From IMG/VR virus record IMGVR_UViG_3300027896_000013: DNA of 64,000 bases; one strand, 5' to 3'. The stretch is from a virus. Below are positions 1 to 10,851 of this stretch, in pieces. A model generated the notes under the pieces. That model made no database searches and was not told where the DNA came from. It was given only the letters and a program-made list of their open reading frames with translations. Both the position numbers and the translations under genes were made by a program. Position 1 is the first letter of the stretch; every line of letters begins with the position of its first letter.

Positions 1-121
1 CAACAGCCGTATTCGAAAACCCCTTAATAGACATATTCTTACGTGAGAACACCTTTGCAGATGCACTTTGCGTACTAATAAGTCGTCTATTTGAATCAAA
101 TCGATTAGGCGGTGTTGGCAT
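1..121 (-). CDS. Partial CDS running off the window start (MPTPPNRFDSNRRLISTQ...), probably virion-associated
   Basis: ATG at 121 opens a frame with no stop to position 1; follows the 1102-aa gene on the same strand. Confidence 0.55.
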   Translation of the reverse strand, partial: MPTPPNRFDSNRRLISTQSASAKVFSRKNMSIKGFSNTAV

Positions 122-158
122 TGTATTTTATGTTAAGGTTGATCGTTTCATATACTTA

Positions 159-3100
159 TTAGGTTGAACCATCGCTATATGGCTCAGCTGTTTGTACCCA
201 TTTTATAGATGCCGTTGTATTAACTGGTAATACGTTTTGTAGCTTCGCAGAAATTCGAGCTGTTAACAATTTTTGTAACTCTTCAGGTATGTTACCTACA
301 TTTATACATACAGCTGAATGAGCAGCTTTATTAATAGGTACATCCAGCTTAAAGAAACGTTCAATTTCATCAACAAATGACCGTATACCAGCTGGCATAT
401 TATATACAATACTTGGTATGGTCTTAGAGCTGTTAGCAATAGCAACAATATCGGAATCATTCAAAGCGTCATCATATATGCAAAAGTTTTTAAGTTTGCA
501 ACCTACCATGTAATGATTTTTTTGCTTTAAATATTGTGGCAATGTAGAATTATAGAAAGGAGTAGCACCGATTACTATTGGCCTATCTAATGTCTTAGAG
601 AATGTATATTGACCTGGTACGAATTGTATATCATCCATCTTCAGACCGTCAACAAAACAAGCGAAGTCTCCACGCAACGCGTCAAACCGAACTACCAGAT
701 TGTGGTAGCCAGTACCCATACTACTAGTAGGTATCGTAAGGGTAAATTCCTCACGATTAGTGTTTATTATGTTATTAACTACAATCTTAGCAGTTATATC
801 ACTAGAGTAACCAGATGAATGTCTACGAACGTAATCCCCATTACTTGTATTCTGCATTGCCATTAGATGTGGGAATAGATTATCAGTTGTAAAGGAACTG
901 TGAAATATACCTGTATCAAGGTATCTGAATACTGTTATCGATGTGTCACCTGGTGTAATGCTTTGTGTGGTAACTATAGCATAGTTCTGTTGACCTGCTG
1001 CAGTGACTTCATTTATAAAGTCTACATCAACGGGTACTTTACCATTGGTATTAATCAATACATTGCATATCTCCTGACGAGCGCTAGTATATGCATAGAG
1101 AGTTGAATCTGTTGCGATCCAAAAATTATCAAACCTATCAATATTGAAATCTCTTATTGGTACACTTGTCTGGAAGAATGGATAATCAATATTATTGACC
1201 GTGTCCCATTTTCTAATCTCAATATCGTTATCCATGTGATAGATATCAGATCCTATTACATGCAGCTTAGAGCTAGGTAAACAAAATATATTATCGTTTA
1301 TTTTAGCTGTAGTATAACACGCAGATAAGGCTACACCACTTAACGTAGTTGCTGTCTGTGTTGTAACGCTACTTGTATCAAGAGTATAATCTAATACACT
1401 TCTACCAGATACAGTGCTAACTAACATTGTTATTGTATTATCTGTATGATAGCTATCAATAATGCCTACTGGTGTTGGTGGTATAATTTCACCTATTACA
1501 GTATTCTTTGTTGTTAAACGGTATACGTTTCCGGTATCCAATGTAACATAATAGTCTGAGACATTTCTCTCACGTGATAACGATGCAATATTACTCTCAA
1601 ACTCAACTGTGTCTAACAACACACCGTCAGTGTTATAGATGTAGAGATTGTTTAAGTTGAAAAAGCACAAAAATGGTGTTATGTCAGTAGCACTGAATAG
1701 TCCTATACCATCCTTAATAAAGTTACCTATGAACTGATTAGCGAACGGAGTAGTCCATTTTGGTACACTTAGGTCAACTGATATAGTGAACCGGTTGTTA
1801 TGTATAATAGAAGAAAGAGACACTGTTGTCGAGTATTGTTGACCATCAAAAGAAAACTCACCAACTTCTTCAACTCTGTCATACATCTGAGTATTGTTAA
1901 CATAGTAGTTAACTAACCCACTTTGAATCACAGATGGTGCTAAAGTTTTGAGATACGTCTGTATGTCATTGGTACCAATGTGATGGTAAGCATAATATAC
2001 ACCAGGTTCAAAATACAAATCACTAGGTTTATCAAAAAACGCGGTATTTGCACAAACAGTCCCTACAATTGTAGAAAAATTGGTTATGTAGGTGTTGATA
2101 TTAGTACTAGTTAGAGCTTCGAGGAATGTCGTCGCCATCGGGTTATAATACCTATCTACCCAAAGAGGTTGCGTTTTACAGTCAACACCAGCGGACAACC
2201 AAGAACACAAGAATACACCATTAGCTTCATCTGTAGACTGACCGAACGGTGATGTATACTTATATGCACCTCTTCTCTTAAAGATCTTATCTGACTTAAC
2301 TGGGTGATCGCTTGCAACTGCTCCACATCTAGCTATGTCAGTATCATTTACATTGAGCTGTTTATATGGATAAATGTTGCCGGGTACATGAAAATACGTT
2401 ATTGCATCAGCTTTAAACGTTAGCATGTTAGTCTTACCGGTGTAGCTTAAAGATATATTATCATCACCTAACAACTGTGGAGCACCAGTGAATATGCGAT
2501 TATATTCTCTTGAAACGTATTTATCAGATGTAAAGTACTCGCTAGGTTGTACGTTATTATTCTGTGGTGTTAACTCATTCTTAAGAGATAGTATGTTGAC
2601 ATTAAAGTGACCATCTGTTATATCATGGTATTCTGTGTTAACTAGAAAGTTGTTACTAGCTACTGTTGCGTCAGCTGTATTTAATTCAACGTTAAAATCT
2701 TTTGTATATGAAGCTCTTATATCATCTAGCTTGTATGATGAAGTAGGTGCACTATGAGGTCTCAATCTCATTACACCATTAAGATTATATGGGTGATTAG
2801 ATCCCGTTGGTGGTTGCCTTAGAGCTATTCTACGAGTAAACGGGTTGTATGTTGCGTAATACGGAAAATCAAAAATCTTCTTATACAAGATCATTAGATC
2901 TGTCTCTTTGTCATAGAAGTAATAAAAAATTTGAGGGCTTCCTACACCTAGTGCATCTAATCCAGCATCAACTGCAAAGCTGAGATTGAAGGTATAATCA
3001 AGAGTAAGATATCTTAAAATACCAGCGTGCTCATGTGAAATTTTACAGAGCATGTTATCTATAAACGATATATCAAAGAAGTTACGATTTTGTGGGGTTG

Positions 3101-3467
3101 GTGTCTTCTCAATGAAGGTGCGTATGCTTGTTTGACCTGTATCGTTACTTTCGTCTACACCCCAATAGAAAGACTCTTGCGATGTACCTTCAATAGCATC
3201 AAACGAAAAGAAAGTTGAAAATGAATTCGGTGTATGCTCGAGTGGTGTTATTGTAAAGAAATCACTAAGCTTCTTTTTCTTTGTCAAGAACAGATTAGAG
3301 AAGTTGTTTACCTTGCAGTCTGCAACACCAGACAGGAGCTGACTAAAGTTAAAATTCACCTGCTCATCGCTGTAAAACCCACGGCCTTGTAAATCTGCCG
3401 CAGAATCGTACGGGTAAATAGGTGTCAACTTCTCAAAAATCTCTGTTGAATATAGCTGTTGATGCAT
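159..3467 (-). CDS. Large virion structural protein with C-terminal LamG/concanavalin-A-like domain
   Basis: 1102-aa ORF; C-terminal HNLVVRFD..FVDG..PIVIGA..KNFCIYDDALNDSDI pattern is LamG-like; TAAATA late box 7 nt upstream. Confidence 0.6.
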   Translation of the reverse strand: MHQQLYSTEIFEKLTPIYPYDSAADLQGRGFYSDEQVNFNFSQLLSGVADCKVNNFSNLFLTKKKKLSDFFTITPLEHTPNSFSTFFSFDAIEGTSQESFYWGVDESNDTGQTSIRTFIEKTPTPQNRNFFDISFIDNMLCKISHEHAGILRYLTLDYTFNLSFAVDAGLDALGVGSPQIFYYFYDKETDLMILYKKIFDFPYYATYNPFTRRIALRQPPTGSNHPYNLNGVMRLRPHSAPTSSYKLDDIRASYTKDFNVELNTADATVASNNFLVNTEYHDITDGHFNVNILSLKNELTPQNNNVQPSEYFTSDKYVSREYNRIFTGAPQLLGDDNISLSYTGKTNMLTFKADAITYFHVPGNIYPYKQLNVNDTDIARCGAVASDHPVKSDKIFKRRGAYKYTSPFGQSTDEANGVFLCSWLSAGVDCKTQPLWVDRYYNPMATTFLEALTSTNINTYITNFSTIVGTVCANTAFFDKPSDLYFEPGVYYAYHHIGTNDIQTYLKTLAPSVIQSGLVNYYVNNTQMYDRVEEVGEFSFDGQQYSTTVSLSSIIHNNRFTISVDLSVPKWTTPFANQFIGNFIKDGIGLFSATDITPFLCFFNLNNLYIYNTDGVLLDTVEFESNIASLSRERNVSDYYVTLDTGNVYRLTTKNTVIGEIIPPTPVGIIDSYHTDNTITMLVSTVSGRSVLDYTLDTSSVTTQTATTLSGVALSACYTTAKINDNIFCLPSSKLHVIGSDIYHMDNDIEIRKWDTVNNIDYPFFQTSVPIRDFNIDRFDNFWIATDSTLYAYTSARQEICNVLINTNGKVPVDVDFINEVTAAGQQNYAIVTTQSITPGDTSITVFRYLDTGIFHSSFTTDNLFPHLMAMQNTSNGDYVRRHSSGYSSDITAKIVVNNIINTNREEFTLTIPTSSMGTGYHNLVVRFDALRGDFACFVDGLKMDDIQFVPGQYTFSKTLDRPIVIGATPFYNSTLPQYLKQKNHYMVGCKLKNFCIYDDALNDSDIVAIANSSKTIPSIVYNMPAGIRSFVDEIERFFKLDVPINKAAHSAVCINVGNIPEELQKLLTARISAKLQNVLPVNTTASIKWVQTAEPYSDGST

Positions 3468-3494
3468 TTATTAGTATTTATTACGTGGTATAGT

Positions 3495-5573
3495 CTATGT
3501 AGAGCTGCGAGCCACCTGTAAATGGCTACCAACTACAGTGCGGCCAGCTAGTGAACCAGTTGACGACAACAACCATCTAAAGGACGAATATGCAGATACT
3601 CTAGGAACTCTAATATAACCAACATCGTAATCACCTGGTTGACAGCTATACAGAGTTGTCCATGGTACGCTTATACCACTGCTTGGATATGTTGCTGTAC
3701 CTTGTATTAGAGACACGAAGCTCTCACCATATTGAAATGGTGTAAACGTTAACACATTATAAAACCGATCTATCTCCTGTATAATACCATCTTTAAATTC
3801 ATGTATAACCCATGCAGTGTTAGCAGTTGTAGTGGTTGTCCATTGAGATGATTGATCTATACTAAATGCGTTGTTTGCTGTGCTCACATTACCAGATGCG
3901 TAATCATGACCCTGCGCATAAACAGGTGAGATATGCATACCAATCAATGATACGTCAGTTGGTGTAGGTACTGGAGTCGGTATAGGTGGGGTTGGAGTTG
4001 GGGTTGGATATTGGTATGTACCATACAGTGCCAAGTACTTACCCACTACGGTAACACTAGACAGCGAAGCTGTCGATGAAAGCAACCAACGGAATGAGTT
4101 GTATGCGCTAGTCCATGGCACTGGTAAACGAGCAGGGTCAATATAATACAAGCTGCTTGTTGAACTGTATATAGTAGTCCACGGTACACTTAAACCACTG
4201 CTTGGATATGTAGCAGTTCCTTGAAGGAGTGTAACATAATTACCACTAAGTCCTCCAGTAAAATAGAATCGACCTGTAAACCGATCAACTGCTGCATATT
4301 GATTTGGTTTCATCTCAAATGTTATCCAGGCAGATGGAGCTTTCGTAAATGCATTCCACATAGTAGTGGTATTATCAAATGCATGAAATGCGCTTAACCC
4401 AGCCATCTGAGATGAAGCGTATATATGGCCATACGCATTAACATCTGCAGCTATATTATTAGTACCGTTAAGTGTTCTTACCGGTGTCGGGGTTGGTGTT
4501 GGTACAGGTGTTGCTGTAGGTAGAAAATAACCATACACTTGAATAGCGCTTGCAGCTGATCCAAAATTACTATTAATATTCTTAGATGCATGTTCAATTC
4601 TAATACCTCTGAAAGATGATAGTGAATTTATAATTTGTGGTGATATTCTATCAAAACTAAAAAACGACGCTGCAGTAAGCAGTGGAACGCAGCCGTGATA
4701 GTCATGGGGTGTAGTTGATCGATTATCGTATATAGCCCTAGGATCACCTGAAGTACCGAATACGATTGTATGTATATTTTGACCTTCTTTGTCAGAAGGC
4801 ATATAAACTGAACCAGAAAGCTTTTTGATAATAACTTTCTGGTTAACACCAAAATCATACGAAATCCAAGACGTTACTAATGCACTAGATGAGGTTAGGT
4901 GCCATGTATCAATCCAATAATCACCAACAACTTTATCAAATGCTCTCCAAGCTTCATGTCCAATAAAAGAACCCTCACCTTCTGAATCTGCTGTACCTGA
5001 AGGTCTTGAGTCATCTACCATCTTAGGTATCAGCTCGACTATTACAGGTGTCGGAGTCGGTGTTGGTAGTGGTGTTGATGTTGGTAGCGGTGTAGGAGTC
5101 GGAGTAGTACCATATATACCAGACAGTTGAAGCATATTTGCCACCACAGTCATACTATTCTGCAGTGGGTTATATGCGCTAACACCCCAGCGGAAGGATC
5201 TATAATCACCAGGGACGAAGCTATTCTCCCCAGGTAATCCACCTATATAACCACTACTTATTGAATTACTTGATAATGCTAAAACATGCCAATCACCATC
5301 TGTTGCAGATATAGCTTCTGCAGTAGTACCTTGTAAAAACGTAGTCCAGTTTGCAGCGCTGTTTACATTATCAACATTTAAAAAACCAGACCTCATCCAA
5401 GCTGTAACAGTAAAACCAAAATCGTATGTTACTGCCCAATATGGGTAAACTTTATTAGACGTATAGCCTACCCATGCACCACCTACACCATCAAACGCTT
5501 TCCAAGCGGCGGATGTTGTACCTAATATACTAGTAGCGGATGCTGTTCCAAATGGTGTTGTATTTGATATCAT
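3495..5573 (-). CDS. Virion appendage protein with four F5/8-type-C (discoidin)-like domains joined by Pro-Thr linkers; likely C-terminal part of a split gene
   Basis: Repeated (A)W/F.AFD...W..Y/F.F...SFRW units separated by PTPTP linkers; start placed at ATG 5573 (ATGA overlap with upstream stop) because residues 1-56 of the called ORF are off-frame PT repeat. Confidence 0.65.
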   Translation of the reverse strand: MISNTTPFGTASATSILGTTSAAWKAFDGVGGAWVGYTSNKVYPYWAVTYDFGFTVTAWMRSGFLNVDNVNSAANWTTFLQGTTAEAISATDGDWHVLALSSNSISSGYIGGLPGENSFVPGDYRSFRWGVSAYNPLQNSMTVVANMLQLSGIYGTTPTPTPLPTSTPLPTPTPTPVIVELIPKMVDDSRPSGTADSEGEGSFIGHEAWRAFDKVVGDYWIDTWHLTSSSALVTSWISYDFGVNQKVIIKKLSGSVYMPSDKEGQNIHTIVFGTSGDPRAIYDNRSTTPHDYHGCVPLLTAASFFSFDRISPQIINSLSSFRGIRIEHASKNINSNFGSAASAIQVYGYFLPTATPVPTPTPTPVRTLNGTNNIAADVNAYGHIYASSQMAGLSAFHAFDNTTTMWNAFTKAPSAWITFEMKPNQYAAVDRFTGRFYFTGGLSGNYVTLLQGTATYPSSGLSVPWTTIYSSTSSLYYIDPARLPVPWTSAYNSFRWLLSSTASLSSVTVVGKYLALYGTYQYPTPTPTPPIPTPVPTPTDVSLIGMHISPVYAQGHDYASGNVSTANNAFSIDQSSQWTTTTTANTAWVIHEFKDGIIQEIDRFYNVLTFTPFQYGESFVSLIQGTATYPSSGISVPWTTLYSCQPGDYDVGYIRVPRVSAYSSFRWLLSSTGSLAGRTVVGSHLQVARSST

Positions 5574-6706
5574 GGAATTAACGGATAAGGGGTTTGCGAC
5601 ACTGTCGGTGTCGGAGTCGGAGTTGGTGGTACCGCTGTTGGTGTCGGTGGTATCGCTGTCGCAGTAGGTACTGGTGTTGCAGTAGGTACTGGTGTCGGTG
5701 TAGGCGGAATCTCCGTTGGTGTAGCTGTCGGACCTACCCACGGTGTAGGTGTAGGTACTATATCAGTCGCTGTTGGAGTAGGTGTTGCTGTTGGAGTAGG
5801 TGTTGCAGTTGGAGTAGGTGTAGGAGTCTCAGTTGGTGTTGGAGTAGGTGTCTCAGTCGCTGTTGGTGTAGGTGTAGGCGTCTCAGTTGGTGTTGGTGTA
5901 GGAGTCTCAGTCGCTGTTGGTGTAGGTGTTGCAGTTGGTGGTGGTAATGTAGGTGTAGGTAGTGGTGTCGCTGTTGGCATTGGAGTAGGTGTAGGACCAT
6001 ACGAGATTTTTAATTTCGTAGCTGCTAACAAATCATCACTTTCAACCTCGAACATACACATTGAGTTACTACCTCTAGCTGCTGATAGCTGTGATACAGA
6101 AACAATATGAACATTATCTATATCGTAAATTGAATTAGGGTAGACTGTAACACTGTAGTAGTAAAATATCTGAGTCATATCACCGCATAAAGCTGTGATC
6201 GCAGGTGTATATGTTATTGGATTTGATGATGCATAATACACGAATGACTGAGGTAACTGTGTTGGTGAGTTTATGTTTGTTTCACCGAAAAATACTTGAT
6301 CTGAAAAATCAATATAGTGATTTAGAATTGGTCGATTAACTACAATTGCTTCCTCACCGTTTCCTGGTTCATATATAATTTTGAGTACGTCGTGCTGTGA
6401 TGTATCAATACCAGAGGGTACAAATGTTATTGTAGTATCACCTTTGATTGTTATCTGTGGTATATATTGGGTTTGATTAACCACCTGGTAACCCCACGGA
6501 AAGAATTCTCCACCACACACATAAGATGTAAATGTTGTATCAATATAACTACCTGTATCTGGATCGCTCCAGAAACCACCAAAAGCAGATAAACCTCTAT
6601 AATCAACTTCACCAAGAACTGGGTCTCTGAAGAACCACGCGTCTAGCACACTCGGCTGAATTGCAGAGAGTGCTGAACTTGTCAACGTGATGAAAAGTGT
6701 CTTCAT
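5570..6706 (-). CDS. Virion protein with long C-terminal Pro-Thr repeat (N-terminal part of the split appendage gene)
   Basis: 378-aa ORF, about 130 aa of [10 protein letters not shown] repeats; TAAGTA late box 7 nt upstream. Confidence 0.7.
   Translation of the reverse strand: MKTLFITLTSSALSAIQPSVLDAWFFRDPVLGEVDYRGLSAFGGFWSDPDTGSYIDTTFTSYVCGGEFFPWGYQVVNQTQYIPQITIKGDTTITFVPSGIDTSQHDVLKIIYEPGNGEEAIVVNRPILNHYIDFSDQVFFGETNINSPTQLPQSFVYYASSNPITYTPAITALCGDMTQIFYYYSVTVYPNSIYDIDNVHIVSVSQLSAARGSNSMCMFEVESDDLLAATKLKISYGPTPTPMPTATPLPTPTLPPPTATPTPTATETPTPTPTETPTPTPTATETPTPTPTETPTPTPTATPTPTATPTPTATDIVPTPTPWVGPTATPTEIPPTPTPVPTATPVPTATAIPPTPTAVPPTPTPTPTVSQTPYPLIP
5600..5997 (-). repeat. Low-complexity coding repeat encoding (PT)n/PTAT/PTET mucin-like linker
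   Basis: Degenerate tandem ggtgta/ggtgtt/ggagta hexamers on the + strand. Confidence 0.9.
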
Positions 6707-6727
6707 GTTATAATACTTAATGTAGAG

Positions 6728-7324
6728 CTAGAGCCATGACCCAGCGTTTTTGTGCTGTCCATACTGAAAAAGTTTACGTTCTTTATATGGATATTCAAAA
6801 TATACATGGCTGTTTGCTTTATAGTCTGTTCGCCCTTCAAGAGCATTCGTCAAAAACATGGGACCTGCAAAATTTAAAACATCTGTAGTGTTCTGAATTT
6901 TGGGGACATATTCTATCTTACTAACAATATCCTCCACGCACAATGTACCTGGTCGACTATAAAAGATACTATTCGTAAGAAGTGGTGAGTCTGATTCGTG
7001 AAAAAATATAGTAGATAGCTTAGTTTGGTTTATCAAACTTTCAACATTACGAAACCACTCAATGTCAAGATCCGCATACAACCCACCGAGTTTATGTATA
7101 ATACATAATCTAGCTAAATCCGATCGTGCAATCGGCCATTTAATACATGAAAGGTATGCTGGATATAAAACCGGGAAGAAAGTTTCTATAAACCTCTCAA
7201 TGCGCTCATTGTTCCACAAAACAACTTCCCAGTTGGGGTGTAATGATTTAAATGAAGACTGGTACACAGCAGCATATGGCGGTATCTCGTTACCTATCCA
7301 AATTTGATGTAAAGTCTTAACCAT
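6728..7324 (-). CDS. Glycosyltransferase, GT32/DXD sugar-binding (OCH1-like) family
   Basis: LHQIWIG, RSDLARL..IHKLGGLYADLD, NSIF and GP motifs. Confidence 0.85.
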   Translation of the reverse strand: MVKTLHQIWIGNEIPPYAAVYQSSFKSLHPNWEVVLWNNERIERFIETFFPVLYPAYLSCIKWPIARSDLARLCIIHKLGGLYADLDIEWFRNVESLINQTKLSTIFFHESDSPLLTNSIFYSRPGTLCVEDIVSKIEYVPKIQNTTDVLNFAGPMFLTNALEGRTDYKANSHVYFEYPYKERKLFQYGQHKNAGSWL

Positions 7325-7330
7325 TGTAGC

Positions 7331-7353
7331 TATTTACATGGTAACTGTAAATA
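7331..7353. promoter_or_regulatory. Divergent pair of late-promoter boxes (TAAATA - strand 7331-7336; TAAATA + strand 7348-7353)
   Basis: Boxes lie 6 nt before ATG 7324 (-) and 5 nt before ATG 7359 (+). Confidence 0.65.
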
Positions 7354-7358
7354 TTCAA

Positions 7359-8318
7359 ATGTACGAGGCAGACAGCATCGAGATAGATATAACAGAGCAC
7401 TGTAACTTACGCTGCGCTCAGTGTACTCATAATGCTCCTTATTTTAAAACATCAGACACCCACTATACTCTTGAGCAATTTAAGAAAGATATAGATATCT
7501 TATCTAACAAAATACATTTCAATGCTATTAGACTGGTTGGTGGTGAACCGCTGCTGAACAATGATTTAGTAGAGATGCTTGAACACATCACAAATTCAAA
7601 AATAACTAATCAAATTGTTCTTGTGACGAATGGTATACTGTTAAGTGACACACCTCGCAGAGTATTTGAGCTAGTAAGCAGCGTGAGAGTTAACATCTAC
7701 CCACTTTCAGCTGATAAGATGCAGTCAGTAAAAGATGGTGTATTGTCGTTACGATCCTCTCACCCAGAATTAGACGTTATAACTAATGTAACAAATTACT
7801 TTTCAAAAACTAACACAATAGAAAAGATAACAGATGAAGCTCTCGTTAATAAAATCTACAGTAAGTGTATAGCCCGAGTTGACGGGTTCAATTTATTCAA
7901 TGGCAGAATTTATAGATGCTATGCATCTCGACGGAAATACAAATACCTAAAACAGCATCAGCATCTAATAAAGGATGATTTTGAATATCTAAACAACCCG
8001 GACTTAGACGCGATACGAATTACGACTGAAACATCTGACAAGGATTTTCATGACTTCTTCGTCCAATCTGCACCGCCTGTAGCGTGCCAGTGGTGTTTAG
8101 GGTGCTCGGGAAAACAATTGCCTCACAAGCAGTTACAAGACTTCACTAATGACATTGCAACCCTTAAAGATCTTGATTTTAAAGCGGGTGAAGCTTATTT
8201 GAGTAATTGTATACTGAGTTGGTCACATCTAAAACCGTCGTCCTTAAAGAATAACCCATTCTTTAAGATGGAGCATGTAAAGGAATACTATAAATACTTT
8301 ACCACATCGCCGTTCTAA
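7359..8318 (+). CDS. Radical SAM enzyme with C-terminal Cys motifs
   Basis: CNLRCAQC (CX3CX2C), GGEPLL, VTNG; later C..RC..CQWC; start moved from 7338 to 7359 on promoter spacing. Confidence 0.85.
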   Translation: MYEADSIEIDITEHCNLRCAQCTHNAPYFKTSDTHYTLEQFKKDIDILSNKIHFNAIRLVGGEPLLNNDLVEMLEHITNSKITNQIVLVTNGILLSDTPRRVFELVSSVRVNIYPLSADKMQSVKDGVLSLRSSHPELDVITNVTNYFSKTNTIEKITDEALVNKIYSKCIARVDGFNLFNGRIYRCYASRRKYKYLKQHQHLIKDDFEYLNNPDLDAIRITTETSDKDFHDFFVQSAPPVACQWCLGCSGKQLPHKQLQDFTNDIATLKDLDFKAGEAYLSNCILSWSHLKPSSLKNNPFFKMEHVKEYYKYFTTSPF

Positions 8319-9450
8319 ACTCAGGAAATACATCTAGGTAATTAAATTTGTCGTTTTGATTTTGCATAAACGCTTCGAACTTCTCTTTTGAAATATTATT
8401 CGGTCTAAGCAATATTTGCTGAATGTGTGTAATTTTCTCCGGTACAGTCATAAGATTAAGCTCCTTATCAGTACATTCACCTAGGTACGCTTTGTACTCG
8501 TCAAGCTTCTTGTACGCTAACACTTTTAGCTTTGACGGCATTACATTTACTGACAGCTCTTCCGGGTTTGTTAGGCAATATAATCTCAAATTGTCCTTTG
8601 TCAGGTACCCCTTTTCAATCCAGTCCTTATGAAAGTCGAACAGGTTTAAAACACTTAAATTTGTAACAGTTGGCTGTGCAGCAAACTTGATGTTCGGGTA
8701 GTTGCACATTGCTTCTCTATTTGCCTCTATCTGATTCCAATTAGCCCCTCTACGTATATACTCTAACCGTGTTCCACTACAATCTAGACTACCGAAGATC
8801 TTTACATTCTTGAAGTTGTTGAGTAGCTCATACATATTGCGACCTTTATACATATAACCACTCATATTCGTAGAGAACTGAACCTCTATATCAGAGCGGC
8901 CTTGCTCTAATAACAGGTCGAGTAAGCTATAAAAACTCTCGTTTAAGTGTGGTTCACCACCTACTAGATATAAAATATCTAGTTCTTTAAGTGTTTCTTT
9001 GGCAACTGACAATAATTCTTCAGTTGTCTTAAAACAGGTCTTTAGTTTTGCTCCATCAAACATTGTGCTGTGTTGACTGCTGCAATAGAGGCACTTGAAA
9101 TTACAGATATTAGACACATTTATCTCCCAGCATTTGAGATTATATGCAAATGTACCGTCTTCCTGTGTATTTTTAAAATATTCAGTTTGCAAATCTTGAT
9201 ACTTCTGCGGAGCAAGGTGTTTAAACGGCTGCTTACCGTCTATGCAGTGTCGTTTGCAAACCTCGGGCATTTGTCCATTTTTAAGCTGCTGCCTCAGCTT
9301 TTTTATTGTCGGTGAATTAAACAACGCTTCAGGAGACTCTGATGTTAGGCCAACTTTATACTCTTCCTCTCCGAACACCTTACAACACGGATAAGCGTAA
9401 CCATCCGTGTGGTATATTAGATGAAACCAAGGAAAAATACAAGTAGACAT
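8299..9450 (-). CDS. Radical SAM enzyme with N-terminal SPASM/twitch-like Fe-S domain
   Basis: N-terminal CIFPW..DG.AYPCC..C..C; core CNFKCLYC, GGEP, STN, YIRRGANW. Confidence 0.85.
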   Translation of the reverse strand: MSTCIFPWFHLIYHTDGYAYPCCKVFGEEEYKVGLTSESPEALFNSPTIKKLRQQLKNGQMPEVCKRHCIDGKQPFKHLAPQKYQDLQTEYFKNTQEDGTFAYNLKCWEINVSNICNFKCLYCSSQHSTMFDGAKLKTCFKTTEELLSVAKETLKELDILYLVGGEPHLNESFYSLLDLLLEQGRSDIEVQFSTNMSGYMYKGRNMYELLNNFKNVKIFGSLDCSGTRLEYIRRGANWNQIEANREAMCNYPNIKFAAQPTVTNLSVLNLFDFHKDWIEKGYLTKDNLRLYCLTNPEELSVNVMPSKLKVLAYKKLDEYKAYLGECTDKELNLMTVPEKITHIQQILLRPNNISKEKFEAFMQNQNDKFNYLDVFPEFRTAMW

Positions 9451-9451
9451 G

Positions 9452-9461
9452 TAAGTATTTA
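9452..9461. promoter_or_regulatory. Overlapping divergent late-promoter boxes (TAAGTA + 9452-9457; TAAATA - 9456-9461)
   Basis: 8 nt before ATG 9466 (+) and 5 nt before ATG 9450 (-) in a 15-bp gap. Confidence 0.65.
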
Positions 9462-9465
9462 TCGG

Positions 9466-10218
9466 ATGTATAAAGAATATCGAGTTTTGAAAGAATCTGA
9501 AAAGCTTAAGGGTTTTATCAGGTTTATAAACATTTTACCATCTACCGGTAAGCGTAAATTACTAGGTATCGGTATTAGTGACTCTATTACTTTAAAATAT
9601 TATGCCGAGCTAGACAAAGCTGATGACGTGTTACAAAGCGACTTCTTCCACATCTCTACAGCAAATTCATTTAAGCTTTACAGTACTCATCAGGCTAGGG
9701 AATATGAATCCAGTCTGGCTATTGGCATAAAGATTAGTAAAGATACCGTTACAAAATATTTTCACGTTAAGGTTACACCTGGTACTATCATTCCGAATTA
9801 TGAATCTCAGTTGTGGTTTTTTAAAATACTCAAAATAGATCCGATAACATTACCTATTGGAATATCTGGTGAAATACAACAGACTAATTGCAGAGCATGT
9901 ATACCACCTTTAAAGCTTAAAAGTTATTACTATCTGCGAACACCTGAAACTGTAGAGCGTTTTATAGCTTTCAAAAGGTTAAATGTTGACCCGTTATTAG
10001 TAGATCACATTGAAATGTATGCCACGGATACAGATTTTAAATATAATCTCATCTTTAAGGAAGCAGATACTGAAGTAGCTATGTCTGTTTTAACTGAGCG
10101 TGAAAAACAGATTGTTAAAGATCTTCAGCCGGAGATAAATCGACCCATATTATACGCAGGGCGGACAGCCAAGGAAGCTACTGTGTATTACTCTTTAACT
10201 AACAATAGTACGCTGTAA
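9466..10218 (+). CDS. Hypothetical protein, possible ABBA/PT-barrel prenyltransferase-like fold
   Basis: Five spaced beta-hairpin-like motifs ending K-x-Y/K-Y/V-Y-Y (LLGIGI..LKYY, IGIKI..TKYF, IGISGE..LKSYY, HIEMY..FKYN, LYAG..TVYY); start from promoter spacing. Confidence 0.4.
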   Translation: MYKEYRVLKESEKLKGFIRFINILPSTGKRKLLGIGISDSITLKYYAELDKADDVLQSDFFHISTANSFKLYSTHQAREYESSLAIGIKISKDTVTKYFHVKVTPGTIIPNYESQLWFFKILKIDPITLPIGISGEIQQTNCRACIPPLKLKSYYYLRTPETVERFIAFKRLNVDPLLVDHIEMYATDTDFKYNLIFKEADTEVAMSVLTEREKQIVKDLQPEINRPILYAGRTAKEATVYYSLTNNSTL

Positions 10219-10851
10219 CATAAATGCCTCTGCATATGGGTGTGCAATCTCACCACCACGTTTAATAGCATAAGCTCTGATATATTCTGAATCTCGCAAA
10301 CGACTGTATTCTCCTGGGTAACACTTCATTGCATCAATCTTTCTCTGAATGTGTGTATCGTCTAGAGGTACATAATAATTTGAAATAAATTGAGACCTAA
10401 CACTACCAACTGTCTGGTCTGTGGAGGATATAATCTCACCGGTTATGAACCTCGGAACCACTAAACCCTTTGAAGGCCTTATAGCGGAACAAACAGCTCT
10501 AAATACTTTTGAATGGTCTTGATGTAGGTCTGTGTCTCCGGATGACCACAGTGTATGGCAGTCGTGTGACTTAATAATAGTTTCAATGTGCTTAATTAGT
10601 ACCCTATCATTCACATCCGGTGATAATTTTAACAAACTTAGAAATGTGTAACCTAATACATCTTTAGCATCCTTAGCATGTACTTGCTGCAGCTCGCTTC
10701 GAGCAGTTTGAGTATCAAACATCACAAATACTTTTACCTTTGCACCTTGGTCGACTAATTTAGATATCACACCACCAAAACCGAGCACCTCATCATCTGC
10801 ATGTGGTACAATGAATAGGTGGGATTGCTTAATGTTTCTCAATATGGTCAT
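10195..10851 (-). CDS. PIG-L/LmbE family N-acetylhexosamine deacetylase
   Basis: PHADDE..G.GG, HQDH, KIDAMKCY, AEAF motifs. Confidence 0.88.
   Translation of the reverse strand: MTILRNIKQSHLFIVPHADDEVLGFGGVISKLVDQGAKVKVFVMFDTQTARSELQQVHAKDAKDVLGYTFLSLLKLSPDVNDRVLIKHIETIIKSHDCHTLWSSGDTDLHQDHSKVFRAVCSAIRPSKGLVVPRFITGEIISSTDQTVGSVRSQFISNYYVPLDDTHIQRKIDAMKCYPGEYSRLRDSEYIRAYAIKRGGEIAHPYAEAFMLQRTIVS

Noticed and set aside
5600-5997. Repeat array as a CRISPR or diversity-generating retroelement
   Set aside because: Degenerate hexamer coding repeats with no unique spacers; no cas or reverse-transcriptase gene in the window
5594-6000. Arg/Cys/Trp-rich (+) and Leu/His/Gln-rich (-) ORFs, and the 5741 start of the 748-aa ORF
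   Set aside because: Off-frame or antisense readings of the Pro-Thr repeat
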